Shown here piece after piece: positions 1 to 9,683 of a stretch of 64,000 bases of DNA. Source of the DNA: Minisyncoccota bacterium (GTDB lineage: Bacteria > Patescibacteriota > Minisyncoccia > Phycocordibacterales > UBA9973). The stretch is from assembly GCA_041666225.1 (NCBI GenBank), contig JBAYHJ010000003.1, positions 17,116 to 81,115 on the forward strand. Direction: 5' to 3'. A program made the position numbers and the translations under genes. Position 1 is the stretch's first letter, and each line of letters opens with the position of its first letter. Below the pieces are notes generated by a model that saw nothing but the letters and a program-made list of their open reading frames with translations, was not told the DNA's origin and did no database searches.

Positions 1-7
1 TTAATTT

Positions 8-334
8 ATGTCTGAATTTAGAAATGAAAAAATAGCAAATAATATAAAAGAACTTGCGGCTATATATATAGAACGTGAATCAGGTCCAACCTCGATGATC
101 ACTGTCACTCGAGTTCTTTTATCTCCTGATGGAAAGAGAGCAACTATCATGGTAAGTGTCCTTCCTCGTGAAAAAGAAAAAGCAGCTTATGGTTTTATAA
201 AAAGAAATTTAGGAGACTTGAGAAAACAAGTCACAAAAAGTCTACGAATTAATCCAATCCCTTTTTTAGATGTTGAAATAGATGAAGGAGAAAAGAATCG
301 TCAAAAGATTGACGATTTGTTAATGAACGGGTAG
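8..334 (+). CDS. rbfA: Ribosome-binding factor A
   Basis: 108-aa ORF of RbfA size and conserved pattern (ITVTRVLLSPDGKRATIMVSV). It sits directly upstream of a tRNA cluster. Confidence 0.8.
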   Translation: MSEFRNEKIANNIKELAAIYIERESGPTSMITVTRVLLSPDGKRATIMVSVLPREKEKAAYGFIKRNLGDLRKQVTKSLRINPIPFLDVEIDEGEKNRQKIDDLLMNG

Positions 335-365
335 GATAAGAAAAGTTTGTTAAATTTTTAATATC

Positions 366-445
366 GGCCTAGTAGCCAAGTGGCACGAACGTAGCGAAAT
401 GAAAAAAGCCAGAGATGATCTCTGCCAGACAAGTAAGATAAGTTT
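366..445 (+). pseudogene. Degenerate tRNA-Cys-like remnant (5' acceptor/D-arm only)
   Basis: GGCCTAGTAGCCAAGTGG matches the first 18 nt of the downstream tRNA-Cys with one mismatch, and an AGAGATGATCTCT anticodon-stem-like hairpin follows. There is no T-arm or 3' acceptor. Confidence 0.3.
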
Positions 446-476
446 AAAAGTTATTTCAAGGTTTAGTTTTTAATAA

Positions 477-548
477 GGCCTGGTAGCCAAGTGGTAAGGC
501 AGAGATCTGCAAAATCTCTATACGGCGGTTCAATTCCGCCCCAGGCCT
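477..548 (+). tRNA. tRNA-Cys (GCA)
   Basis: Cloverleaf read directly from the sequence. Acceptor GGCCTGG/CCAGGCC, D-stem GCCA/GGCA, anticodon stem GAGAT/ATCTC with loop CTGCAAA, T-arm GGCGG-TTCAATT-CCGCC. Confidence 0.85.
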
Positions 549-598
549 CAAAAATAAAAAGTAGCAATTTATATATAATTTTGCTAGTATATTTTTAT

Positions 599-680
599 GC
601 CCAGGTGGCGGAATTGGTATACGCGCTAGTCTTAGGAACTAGTGGAGCAATCCTTGGAGGTTCAAGTCCTCTCCTGGGCA
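599..680 (+). tRNA. tRNA-Leu (TAG), long variable arm
   Basis: Acceptor GCCCAGG/CCTGGGC, anticodon stem CTAGT/ACTAG with loop CTTAGGA, long variable arm, T-loop TTCAAGT. Confidence 0.85.
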
Positions 681-704
681 CAAAGAGAGACACCACATAA
701 AAAA

Positions 705-748
705 CTACAATTTAGAGACGGCCGTCTCTAAATTGTAGTTTTTTTTTT
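705..748 (+). terminator. Rho-independent terminator after the tRNA cluster
   Basis: Perfect 17-bp inverted repeat CTACAATTTAGAGACGG/CCGTCTCTAAATTGTAG followed by a T10 tract. Confidence 0.75.
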
Positions 749-774
749 ATTTATTTCCATGTTAAACTACTTTT

Positions 775-1644
775 ATGTCCCACCAAAAAACTGCCGAAAA
801 AACTGTTTATTTTAGTATCCTTAGCAATACTCTACTTGCTGCCATTAAATGGACTGCTGGTTTCTTTGGAAATTCATATGCTTTAATCGCAGATGCAATA
901 GAGTCAACAACAGACATTGTGTCATCTATTTTAGTTTTATTTGGAATAAAATATTCTTCAAAACCAGCCGACAAAAACCATCCATACGGTCACGGAAGAA
1001 TTGAACCACTTGTCACCTTTTTGGTTGTTGGATTTTTAATTACATCGGCGATAATAATTACTATTCATGCAATTGAAAATATACAAACCCCTCACGGATT
1101 ACCAAAATTTTATACCCTTTTTATTTTAGCAGGGATTATCGCATGGAAAGAAATTTCTTATAGGCTAGTTATTAAAAAAAGTAAGGAGACAAAAAGTAGT
1201 TCACTCAAAGCCGATGCTTGGCATCACCGAAGTGACGCCATAACCTCAGTTGCCGCATTTATAGGAATAACTATCGCTCTCATACTAGGTGAAGGATTTG
1301 AGTCAGCCGATGACTGGGCTGCTATATTTGCAGCTCTATTTATTTTATATAATTGTTATTTAATCTTTAGACCCGCACTTGGCGAAATCATGGATGAACA
1401 TACTCATGATGATATAGTTGGTAAAATCAGAGAAATATCAACAACAGTCAAAGGAGTTATAGCCACCGAAAAATGTTTTGTTCGAAAAACTGGAATGCAA
1501 TTTCATATAGACTTACATATTACTGTAGATTCTCAGATTTCTGTAAAAGAAGGACATGCAATATCTCATAGACTTAAAAAAGTCCTAAAAGAAGAAATGG
1601 CAGAATTATCAAATGTTTTGATTCACGTTGAACCAAATAATTAA
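775..1644 (+). CDS. Cation diffusion facilitator (CDF) family metal efflux transporter
   Basis: 289 aa with six TM segments and a C-terminal cytoplasmic domain. Contains CDF-like motifs (IADAIESTTD, HPYGHGRIE). Confidence 0.8.
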   Translation: MSHQKTAEKTVYFSILSNTLLAAIKWTAGFFGNSYALIADAIESTTDIVSSILVLFGIKYSSKPADKNHPYGHGRIEPLVTFLVVGFLITSAIIITIHAIENIQTPHGLPKFYTLFILAGIIAWKEISYRLVIKKSKETKSSSLKADAWHHRSDAITSVAAFIGITIALILGEGFESADDWAAIFAALFILYNCYLIFRPALGEIMDEHTHDDIVGKIREISTTVKGVIATEKCFVRKTGMQFHIDLHITVDSQISVKEGHAISHRLKKVLKEEMAELSNVLIHVEPNN

Positions 1645-1688
1645 ATATAAAGTTGCTTCTTCTTCTAAAATATAGTATACTCTAAAAC

Positions 1689-1922
1689 ATGACGATTATA
1701 GTTAAAGTATTGCCTTATATACAAATTATACTATCTATTATTTTAGTAGTTGCAATTTTACTTCAGCAATCTAGTGCTGGAGTTGGAGGGGCATTAGGAG
1801 GTGGAGACGGGGGTGGACTATATAGTACACGTCGTGGTTTTGAGAAATTTCTTTTTATTTTAACGATAATTATTGGTATTTTTTTTGTTGTATCATCGTT
1901 TGTGGCTATATTCATCAAATAA
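1689..1922 (+). CDS. secG: Preprotein translocase subunit SecG
   Basis: 77 aa with two TM helices flanking a Gly-rich loop (LLQQSSAGVGGALGGGDGGG..RRG), which is typical of SecG. Confidence 0.7.
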   Translation: MTIIVKVLPYIQIILSIILVVAILLQQSSAGVGGALGGGDGGGLYSTRRGFEKFLFILTIIIGIFFVVSSFVAIFIK

Positions 1923-1947
1923 TCGAAGATTAAAATCTCTAATCTAA

Positions 1948-3768
1948 TTGTTTTTATTGTGTGTTTTTATGCATAAATTTATTCTATTCATTAAAGAATT
2001 TCATTTTTACAAGAAAAAAGAACTACTCGAGGCTGCAGCATCTTTCTCTGATAAACTTTTTCTTATCTTTGTAGCAATTTTATCTATTGCTATTATTTTA
2101 GTGACAATTATTGTGGGAAAAGTGAATTCCATGTTTTTAGTCAATGTGCCTATAACAGGTGGAACAGTAACAGAAGGTATCATCGGTGTTCCAACTTTAG
2201 TTAATCCAGTTATTGCAATATCTGATGCTGATAAAGATTTAACTTCACTTGTTTATTCTGGTTTAATGAGAAAAGATTCAGAAGGAAATTTTATCCAAGA
2301 TTTAGCAGAATCATATAATATTTCTCCTGATGGTATTAATTACACTTTTACGATAAGAAAAGATGCAAAATTTCATGACGGAACAAAGATAACTGCAGAT
2401 GATATTATATTTACGATTGAAAAAATAAAAGACCCAACCATTAAAAGTCCTCGCAGAATGGGCTGGGATGGAGTTAATGTGAGTAAAAAAGATGATTACA
2501 CTGTTGTCTTTACACTTGCACAGTCATATATATCATTTTTAGACAACATGACAATTGGTATACTTCCATCAGCCCTATGGAAAGATATAAAACCAAATGA
2601 ATTTAATTTATCTCCTTTAAACACAAAAGCAATAGGATCAGGTCCTTATAAAATAAAATCGGTAACTAAAGATGATAATGGAATATCACAAGAATATAAA
2701 CTTGAGCGTTTCAGTAACTTCATGCTTGGTAAACCAAATATTAAATATTTTAATATAATTTCTTTTGCTAATGAAAAAGATTTAATAAAAGCACTCTTAA
2801 ATCACTCTATTGATCAAGCGGGTGGAATTAGTTCAGAAAATATGAATGAGGTAAAAAAAGAAAAATATAAAGTATATGAAGCTACACTACCTCGAATATT
2901 TGGAATATTTTTTAATAGTAATAATAATAAAATATTTACCGATCAAGCAGTTATACAATCCATAAATAAAGCATTAGATCGACAAGCTGTGGTAAACCAA
3001 GTTTTGGGTGGTTATGGTTCTAATATTTATGGCCCAATACCAGAAAAAATTATTCAAACTGAAAATAAAATTACTTATGATGAATCGACCTTAAACGAAG
3101 CTCGTCAAATATTGGACAAGGCTGGTTGGGTTATCGGAGAAGATGGTATTCGCAAAAAAGGAGGTTCTGTAAGTAAAACAATTACAAAAAAAGTTGGGAA
3201 GAAAACAGTAACTCAAACAATTAAAAGCACTTCCCCTTCTATTCGTTTAAGCTTTTCTCTAACGACAGGTGATACTCCAGAGCTTAAACAAACAACATTA
3301 TTGATAAAAGAACAATTGGCAAAAATTGGAATAGAAGTGGACACAAGTAAGATATATGAGACAGGTCAATTAAATCAAATTATTAGAGCCCGAAATTATG
3401 AAGCACTTTTCTTTGGGCAAATTGTAAATCATGAATCCGATTTATATTCTTTTTGGCATTCATCTCAAAGAACAGATCCTGGTTTAAATATCGCGATGTT
3501 CAACGATAAGAAGGCTGATGCAATTCTTGAATCAATTCAGAAAACACTAAAATTCGAAGAGCGCACAGATAAATATAAAGCTCTTGAAAATGAATTCGAT
3601 AAAAATATACCTGCTATTTTGATTTACTCTCCCAAATATTTATATGTAACATCCCCTAACCTTAACAACATCTTACTTAAGAATATAACGGTGCCCTCAG
3701 ATCGTTTTACTTCAGCTTACAATTGGTATGCTGATACGGACAAAGTCTGGAAAATTTTTACTAAATAA
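1948..3768 (+). CDS. ABC transporter substrate-binding protein, family 5 (peptide/nickel type), membrane-anchored
   Basis: About 600 aa with an N-terminal signal-anchor. The domain layout resembles OppA/DppA-like solute-binding proteins. The true start is probably a few codons downstream. Confidence 0.7.
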   Translation: MFLLCVFMHKFILFIKEFHFYKKKELLEAAASFSDKLFLIFVAILSIAIILVTIIVGKVNSMFLVNVPITGGTVTEGIIGVPTLVNPVIAISDADKDLTSLVYSGLMRKDSEGNFIQDLAESYNISPDGINYTFTIRKDAKFHDGTKITADDIIFTIEKIKDPTIKSPRRMGWDGVNVSKKDDYTVVFTLAQSYISFLDNMTIGILPSALWKDIKPNEFNLSPLNTKAIGSGPYKIKSVTKDDNGISQEYKLERFSNFMLGKPNIKYFNIISFANEKDLIKALLNHSIDQAGGISSENMNEVKKEKYKVYEATLPRIFGIFFNSNNNKIFTDQAVIQSINKALDRQAVVNQVLGGYGSNIYGPIPEKIIQTENKITYDESTLNEARQILDKAGWVIGEDGIRKKGGSVSKTITKKVGKKTVTQTIKSTSPSIRLSFSLTTGDTPELKQTTLLIKEQLAKIGIEVDTSKIYETGQLNQIIRARNYEALFFGQIVNHESDLYSFWHSSQRTDPGLNIAMFNDKKADAILESIQKTLKFEERTDKYKALENEFDKNIPAILIYSPKYLYVTSPNLNNILLKNITVPSDRFTSAYNWYADTDKVWKIFTK

Positions 3769-3780
3769 AATAAATAAAAT

Positions 3781-5763
3781 ATGAATGAAATACCAAAAAA
3801 AATCGTAAACCCTAAATCTAAAAGTGGTCAAAAGTTTAATTACAAAAAACAAGGGAATATCCGTGTCTTGCATAAACCACAGCAACCTATAACCAAAATA
3901 GTAAGTACAACAAAACAAACTTCCTATAGTAGTGATAGACCAAAAGGAACAAATAAAAAAATAAGTCGCGGAAGTTATCAATATAGTAATAATAAAGGTA
4001 ATCGTAGACCTAAGGCAGAAGTCCAAACTATAAACAATAAACCAACTTTTTCCAAAAATAAACCAACACCTATTCCACCGCCAGAGAAGGGAGTTATTCG
4101 AATAATTCCTCTCGGTGGAGTTGAAGAAATTGGGAAAAATATGACTGCTATTGAAATCGGTGATGATATTATTGTCATCGATGCTGGTATGCAATTTAAA
4201 ACTGAAGATACACCTGGAATCGATTACATTATCCCAAACACTACTTATTTAGAAGAAAGAAAGGATAAAGTAAAAGCGATGTTGGTAACCCATGGGCACT
4301 TAGATCATATAGGAGGTATTCCTCTAGTCATGAGTCGTATTGGTAATCCCCCGCTATATTCTAGAAATCTTTCTGTATTAGTAATGAAAAAACGACAAGA
4401 AGAATTTCCTCACTTGCCACCCCTAAACTGCCAAATTGTTGAAAAAAATTCTGTTATTACAGTTGGTAATTTGCGTATCCGTTTCTTTGGAGTAACACAT
4501 ACAATGCCTGACTCTATGGGTATAGTTATTGAAACACCATATGGATCAATCGTAACTCCAGGAGATTATAAATTAGATCAAATTGACGGAGTAGTTAGCG
4601 ATGAAGAAGAAAAAGAATATGCATTTTTTGATAAAGAAAAAGTTCTCTTACTTTTAACAGATTCCACAAATATTGAGAATGAAGGATTCTCTCTTCCAGA
4701 AGTTAGAGTTCATGAGGGACTAGATAAGGTTATAAGACAAGGAACTGGTAGAATTATTATTTCGGCTTTTGCCTCATCTATTACTCGTCTTATGAAAATT
4801 GTTGAAATTGCAGAATCTTTGGGTAAAAAAGTTGTTCTTGATGGAAGGTCACTTAAAACAAATATGGAAGTTTGTGAATTAGCGGGAATCTTCACTCCAA
4901 AAAAGGGTACAATTATTCCAGTTGAAGATGTAGACAAATACCCTCCCAATAAAGTTCTTATCATGATGACAGGTGCTCAAGGAGAAGAATTTGCGGCCCT
5001 TGGTCGTGCTGCAAATAAAACTCATAAAAAATTTCAAATTCGCCCGGGTGATACAATTATTCTTTCTTCTTCTATTGTTCCTGGAAATGAAATAGCTGTA
5101 CAACACCTAAAAGATAATTTATCTCGTCATGGAGTTCGTATTATAAGTTATCGAACAAGTGAAGAATATATTCATGCGACTGGACATGGGAACCAAGAAG
5201 ATATTAAGTGGTTACATAAAAAAACTCATCCTAAATTTTTTATTCCTATACACGGCTGGCATTCAATGCTTGTAAAACACAAAGAAGTAGCTATGTCTAT
5301 CGGTATGTCAGGAGATAATATTATTGTTCCAGACAATGGCTCAATTATTGAAATAGTTGATAATGGAGAAAAGATGATTCTTCGTAAAGAAAAAGCACCA
5401 TCAGGCCCAATGATGGTGGATGGATTCTCTGTTGGAGATGAACAAGATGTTGTGATCAGAGATAGAGTCATGCTTGCTCAGGATGGAATGTTTGTTCTTA
5501 TTGCCACAATTGATTCTACTTCTGGAAAATTAAGAAAATCTCCAGATATAATATCTCGTGGTTTTATTTACCTAAAAGAAAATCAGGAATTACTCCACCA
5601 AGTCAGGTTGATAATTAAGAAAACCGTTGAGGATGAAACAAATGGAATGAACCCAATCAATTTTGATGTTATTAAAACTGCCCTCGGTGACAACATCTCA
5701 AAATTCCTTTTCCAAAAAACAGCCAAGCGACCTATTGTCATCCCAGTATTATTAAGTATTTAA
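3781..5763 (+). CDS. rnj: Ribonuclease J (metallo-beta-lactamase/beta-CASP) with an N-terminal basic low-complexity extension of about 100 aa
   Basis: HGHLDHIGG motif, beta-CASP region and an RNase J C-terminal domain. The N-terminal 100 residues are K/N/P-rich. Confidence 0.9.
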   Translation: MNEIPKKIVNPKSKSGQKFNYKKQGNIRVLHKPQQPITKIVSTTKQTSYSSDRPKGTNKKISRGSYQYSNNKGNRRPKAEVQTINNKPTFSKNKPTPIPPPEKGVIRIIPLGGVEEIGKNMTAIEIGDDIIVIDAGMQFKTEDTPGIDYIIPNTTYLEERKDKVKAMLVTHGHLDHIGGIPLVMSRIGNPPLYSRNLSVLVMKKRQEEFPHLPPLNCQIVEKNSVITVGNLRIRFFGVTHTMPDSMGIVIETPYGSIVTPGDYKLDQIDGVVSDEEEKEYAFFDKEKVLLLLTDSTNIENEGFSLPEVRVHEGLDKVIRQGTGRIIISAFASSITRLMKIVEIAESLGKKVVLDGRSLKTNMEVCELAGIFTPKKGTIIPVEDVDKYPPNKVLIMMTGAQGEEFAALGRAANKTHKKFQIRPGDTIILSSSIVPGNEIAVQHLKDNLSRHGVRIISYRTSEEYIHATGHGNQEDIKWLHKKTHPKFFIPIHGWHSMLVKHKEVAMSIGMSGDNIIVPDNGSIIEIVDNGEKMILRKEKAPSGPMMVDGFSVGDEQDVVIRDRVMLAQDGMFVLIATIDSTSGKLRKSPDIISRGFIYLKENQELLHQVRLIIKKTVEDETNGMNPINFDVIKTALGDNISKFLFQKTAKRPIVIPVLLSI

Positions 5764-5767
5764 AAAT

Positions 5768-6952
5768 ATGAATAAAATTTCTAAAATAAAAAGAATGTAT
5801 GCTTTATCATTTATTTTTGCTTTGCATATTTCTATATCAGCATATATCAGCTCTGTATTTTTAACTAAAATTATAAAAGAAGACTTCGTGGGTATTTTAT
5901 ATACACTAGCTTCTTTATTGACCCTAATTCTTCTAACGAAAAGTTCCAGTATACTAAAAAATTTTGGGAATAGAAGATTGATCATTATGTTTCTAGTGAT
6001 GAATATGTTTTCATTGGTTGGTCTTATAACCTCAAATAATCCTTATATTATAGGTACTTCATTTATCCTATTCACTACAACTAATACCCTTGTTTATTTT
6101 TGTATTGATATATTTATTGAACATTTTGGAAATCCACAAACAATAGGCAAGACTCGTGGATTATATTTAACGATATTGAATATAGCATGGATCATGTCTC
6201 CTCTTATTTCGGTTTTTTTAATTACAAAAGAGGGTGGATATAAAGCTATATTTATACTCGCCTTTTTAATGGTTTCTTTGATGACAGTAGGATTATTTTT
6301 CTCTGTAAGAACTTTCAAGGATAAAACTTACAACAAAACTCCACTTTTAGAAACATTTAAATATTTAAAAACAAATCACCATATGTTTTCTATTGTAGTT
6401 ATAAATTTTCTATTACAATTCTTTTTTGCTTGGATGATTGTTTATACTCCTATTTATCTTTTTAATCATTTAGGTTTTAACTGGAATCAGATTGGCATCA
6501 TCTTCACAATCATGCTTACTCCTTTTGTCATACTTGGATTACCAATTGGAACACTTATAGATAAATATCATACTAGTAAGAGACTTTTATTATATATTGG
6601 ATTTTTTATAATAATTTTTTCAACATTAATTATTTCATTCATTACAACAAAAAGTATAGCAATCTGGGCTATTATTTTATTGATTACACGAGTTGGAGCA
6701 AGCATAATAGAAACAACATCAGAAACATATTTTTTCACTCATATCAAAGAGGAAGATGCTTATCTACTTGGAACATTTAGAGATATGAATCCTGTCGCAT
6801 ACATAATCGCACCATTGATAGCGACTGGAGTATTCTTATTTTTACCTTTTAAATATCTTTTTATTGTATTAAGTGTAATATTAGCTACAGGTTTGTATTT
6901 TACTTCTAAACTAAAACACAATCATGATAATCTACCCAGTACGAATAAATAA
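5768..6952 (+). CDS. MFS-type membrane transporter (hypothetical)
   Basis: 394 aa with about 12 predicted TM helices. Confidence 0.55.
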   Translation: MNKISKIKRMYALSFIFALHISISAYISSVFLTKIIKEDFVGILYTLASLLTLILLTKSSSILKNFGNRRLIIMFLVMNMFSLVGLITSNNPYIIGTSFILFTTTNTLVYFCIDIFIEHFGNPQTIGKTRGLYLTILNIAWIMSPLISVFLITKEGGYKAIFILAFLMVSLMTVGLFFSVRTFKDKTYNKTPLLETFKYLKTNHHMFSIVVINFLLQFFFAWMIVYTPIYLFNHLGFNWNQIGIIFTIMLTPFVILGLPIGTLIDKYHTSKRLLLYIGFFIIIFSTLIISFITTKSIAIWAIILLITRVGASIIETTSETYFFTHIKEEDAYLLGTFRDMNPVAYIIAPLIATGVFLFLPFKYLFIVLSVILATGLYFTSKLKHNHDNLPSTNK

Positions 6953-7631
6953 ATACCTCGCACTTAAAAATTATTCCACTCGTGTTGGTGGAGATGAACT
7001 TATTAAAAAGGGTCTAGTTTTTATCAATGGCAAAAAAGCAGTCCTGGGTGATAAAGTTTATGAAAATGATGAAGTAAAAGTAAATTCTAAAGGAGCAAAA
7101 AAAGAATATGTTTATTATGCATACAATAAAGACATAAATGTTTCTACAAACCCAGACACAACTAGTAAAGATATCTTACAAGTTACCAGATTCCCTGTCC
7201 GCGTATTTCCTGTTGGACGTCTTGATAAAGATTCACATGGATTAATATTGATGACCAATGATGGCCGTGTGACAGACCGATTACTTTCCCCTCGCTATGT
7301 CCACGAGAAAGAATACACAGTAAAAGTTGATAAGCCATTTTCAGATACCTTTATAGAATTAATGCAAAATGGAGTTCACTTCGATGGATTCATCAGTAAA
7401 AAATGTAAAGTTTGGAGGCAACCTAAATCTAAGGATATCTTTCACATAGTGCTCACAGAGGGCAAGAAACGTCAAATAAGACGCATGTGTGAAGCATTAC
7501 ACCACAATGTCATAAATCTTAAAAGAATACGCATTTTAAATATTGAATTAGGTAAAATTCCTCTCGGTGAATGGAGAGAAATCAAAGGAAAAGAATTAGA
7601 TGAACTTTTAAGACAATTAAATCTAATATAA
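6924..7631 (+). CDS. rRNA pseudouridine synthase, RsuA/RluB family
   Basis: S4 domain followed by the GRLDKDSHGLILMTNDG catalytic motif and the EGKKRQIRRM motif. Confidence 0.85.
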   Translation: MIIYPVRINKYLALKNYSTRVGGDELIKKGLVFINGKKAVLGDKVYENDEVKVNSKGAKKEYVYYAYNKDINVSTNPDTTSKDILQVTRFPVRVFPVGRLDKDSHGLILMTNDGRVTDRLLSPRYVHEKEYTVKVDKPFSDTFIELMQNGVHFDGFISKKCKVWRQPKSKDIFHIVLTEGKKRQIRRMCEALHHNVINLKRIRILNIELGKIPLGEWREIKGKELDELLRQLNLI

Positions 7632-7632
7632 A

Positions 7633-7668
7633 TAAAAAATCACCAATAAAATTGGTGATTTTTTATTT
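7633..7668. terminator. Bidirectional terminator between convergent genes
   Basis: AAAAATCACCAAT-AAA-ATTGGTGATTTTTT hairpin with an A-tract upstream and a T-tract downstream. Confidence 0.65.
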
Positions 7669-7676
7669 ATGAATTT

Positions 7677-8864
7677 TTAATCTTCAAATCCTACCTTATG
7701 ACGACTCTCAATTCCAAAAACACCGTCAGGAGTAAGTCCATTTTCTTTTTGCCATTCAATTAATTTTTGTTTTGTCATTGGCCCAAAAGATCCATCTTCT
7801 AGTATTTCCAATATTGCTTGAAGAAGTTTAACGTCATCTCCTTTTATTCCATGCTTTAGTGTTCTTGAAATTCCATAATTTCTCACACCACAATTAGACC
7901 CTGGTTCTGTACAAATCTTTTTATCATCTTTCTTATCATCATCAACTACTGGACAAATCTCCCCTGTCATTGGGCTAAACTTATACCCAGGTAGACATCC
8001 ATCATTTACTAACTCAGTAGAGCAAGGTAGTCCTGTCATTGGACTAAATTTAAATCCAGGTAAACAACCCTTAATCTCTTTTTCAGTTGAATCTAATACT
8101 TTCACACTTAAACTTGTTTCAGCACTTCCTCCATTCGAAGGACATGGGGTTGTAATACACCTAACAGTATTCTCACTTGTTACTCTAAATACAGGAGTAA
8201 ATGTTCCTACCCGTCCATAACTATGGGTAAATGTTGCTGATTGTTGATAATCCTTAATAGGTGGCATTATTGAAGTAGTGGACGTTGAATAAAGAGGTTC
8301 ATCTCCCCAAACTACATAATAGGAAAGATTCCCTCCCGTTGGAGCTGAAGCTTTTACTTCCCATTCCCCTTTTTGATCTACTTTTAATATTTGAGGACCC
8401 TTAACTCCTGAAATAACTGGATTATTTGAGACAGAAGAAGTGGTAGTAAAATAATTATCACTTTCATCTTTAATTCCTGAAGAGGAGGATAATTCAATTA
8501 CATACCTTGATCCTGAAACAACTGAAACCGAATTCGGTCCAGTACTCGCTCCACTCATCTTCTTACTTGTATCCCATAAATAACTGCCTGTATTTTTAAC
8601 GGTATCTATATAAAATTGAGTTTGACACCCAACCATAGGAGCTGAGCCACAACTTATACCATAATATTTTAGGTTTATAGTGATATCAGAATTACTATCA
8701 AAATTATCTGAATCCCATCTTATATTATATTTCTGACCAACTTGAATTGTTTCCCCACCATTTGGAGAAATGACTGTGATTGAAGGTTGAAAAGATTCAG
8801 CTTGAACCTTAAAACCAACAATAATAAAACTAAAAACAAATAGACCTATTAATAACTTTTTCAT
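7677..8864 (-). CDS. Secreted PKD-like domain protein with a C-terminal peptidoglycan-binding domain
   Basis: Signal peptide; a YYVVWGDE..FTHSYGRVGTF PKD-like motif; a duplicated GCLPG(F/Y)KFSPMTG repeat; C-terminal PG_binding_1-like region (GPMTKQKLIEWQKENGLTPDGVFG). Confidence 0.6.
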   Translation of the reverse strand: MKKLLIGLFVFSFIIVGFKVQAESFQPSITVISPNGGETIQVGQKYNIRWDSDNFDSNSDITINLKYYGISCGSAPMVGCQTQFYIDTVKNTGSYLWDTSKKMSGASTGPNSVSVVSGSRYVIELSSSSGIKDESDNYFTTTSSVSNNPVISGVKGPQILKVDQKGEWEVKASAPTGGNLSYYVVWGDEPLYSTSTTSIMPPIKDYQQSATFTHSYGRVGTFTPVFRVTSENTVRCITTPCPSNGGSAETSLSVKVLDSTEKEIKGCLPGFKFSPMTGLPCSTELVNDGCLPGYKFSPMTGEICPVVDDDKKDDKKICTEPGSNCGVRNYGISRTLKHGIKGDDVKLLQAILEILEDGSFGPMTKQKLIEWQKENGLTPDGVFGIESRHKVGFED

Positions 8865-8936
8865 AAAAATTTTATTTGAAAAATTAAAACTAATAATATA
8901 TCGACATTATACACTAAATTAGTGCATAAATAACAA

Positions 8937-8966
8937 AACCCACTACTTATGACGTAGTGGGGATTG
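8937..8966 (-). terminator. Terminator of the rpsF-ssb-rpsR operon
   Basis: CCCACTAC-GTCATAA-GTAGTGGG hairpin followed by a T-tract on the minus strand, directly after the rpsR stop. Confidence 0.6.
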
Positions 8967-8983
8967 AAATCTTACATGGTTAA

Positions 8984-9184
8984 CTATTTTGCGATATATG
9001 GCAACAGTCCCATAAATCTTGCACGCTTGATCGCTTCAGCCAATTTTCTTTGATTCTTAGCTGTCACGTCTGTACGTCTGCGAGACTGAATTCGAGCAGA
9101 AGGAGATAGAAATCTTTTTAGAACTTCTACATCTTTATAGTCAATATGTTTTATATTGTTTGATGAAAAATAATCTTGTTTCAT
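8984..9184 (-). CDS. rpsR: 30S ribosomal protein S18
   Basis: 66 aa with the characteristic S18 sequence [29 protein letters not shown]. Confidence 0.9.
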   Translation of the reverse strand: MKQDYFSSNNIKHIDYKDVEVLKRFLSPSARIQSRRRTDVTAKNQRKLAEAIKRARFMGLLPYIAK

Positions 9185-9224
9185 ATTTCTTAATTCTTAA
9201 TTAGTAATCAGTAATTGGTAATTA

Positions 9225-9683
9225 TTAAAACGGAATATCTTCCGCATTTATTTGTTCCTCTGGATATTCAATCGTATCAAGTCCACCTTCGTCTTCTTTT
9301 TGTGATGGTGATCCTTTGATGGTTTGATCAAAACTTCCACCAGTCTTTTGGCCACCACTTGAACCAAATTGAACTCTATCCGCGATAACTTCGGTACGAT
9401 ACTTTTTAGTATTTGTAGCAGCGTCATCCCAACTTCTTGTTTGCATACGACCCTCTACCATTACCTGACTACCTTTTTTCATATACTGAGCAACTGTCTC
9501 AGCCTGACGACCAAAGACAACTACATTGTGATAATCGGCTGCTTCTTGTTTTGCACCATTTTTATCTTTCCAAACACGATTTGTCGCGACTGAAAAACTG
9601 CATACTTTCATTCCAGAGGGGATAGCTTTCAATTCTGGATCTCGTGTTAAATTTCCTATTATAAATACTTTGTTTAAATACAT
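9225..9683 (-). CDS. ssb: Single-stranded DNA-binding protein
   Basis: OB-fold N-terminus (MYLNKVFIIGNLTRDPEL), Gly-rich linker and acidic C-terminal tip ending DIPF. Sits between rpsF and rpsR. Confidence 0.9.
   Translation of the reverse strand: MYLNKVFIIGNLTRDPELKAIPSGMKVCSFSVATNRVWKDKNGAKQEAADYHNVVVFGRQAETVAQYMKKGSQVMVEGRMQTRSWDDAATNTKKYRTEVIADRVQFGSSGGQKTGGSFDQTIKGSPSQKEDEGGLDTIEYPEEQINAEDIPF

Noticed and set aside
491-700. 69-aa plus-strand ORF
   Set aside because: It overlaps the tRNA-Cys and tRNA-Leu genes, so it is an artefact of reading through structured RNA genes.
3712-5471. Minus-strand ORFs 3712-4194, 3978-4178, 4710-4964, 4879-5106 and 5226-5471
   Set aside because: All lie antisense within the well-supported RNase J and ABC SBP coding regions. 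They have low-complexity composition and no motifs, so they are spurious.
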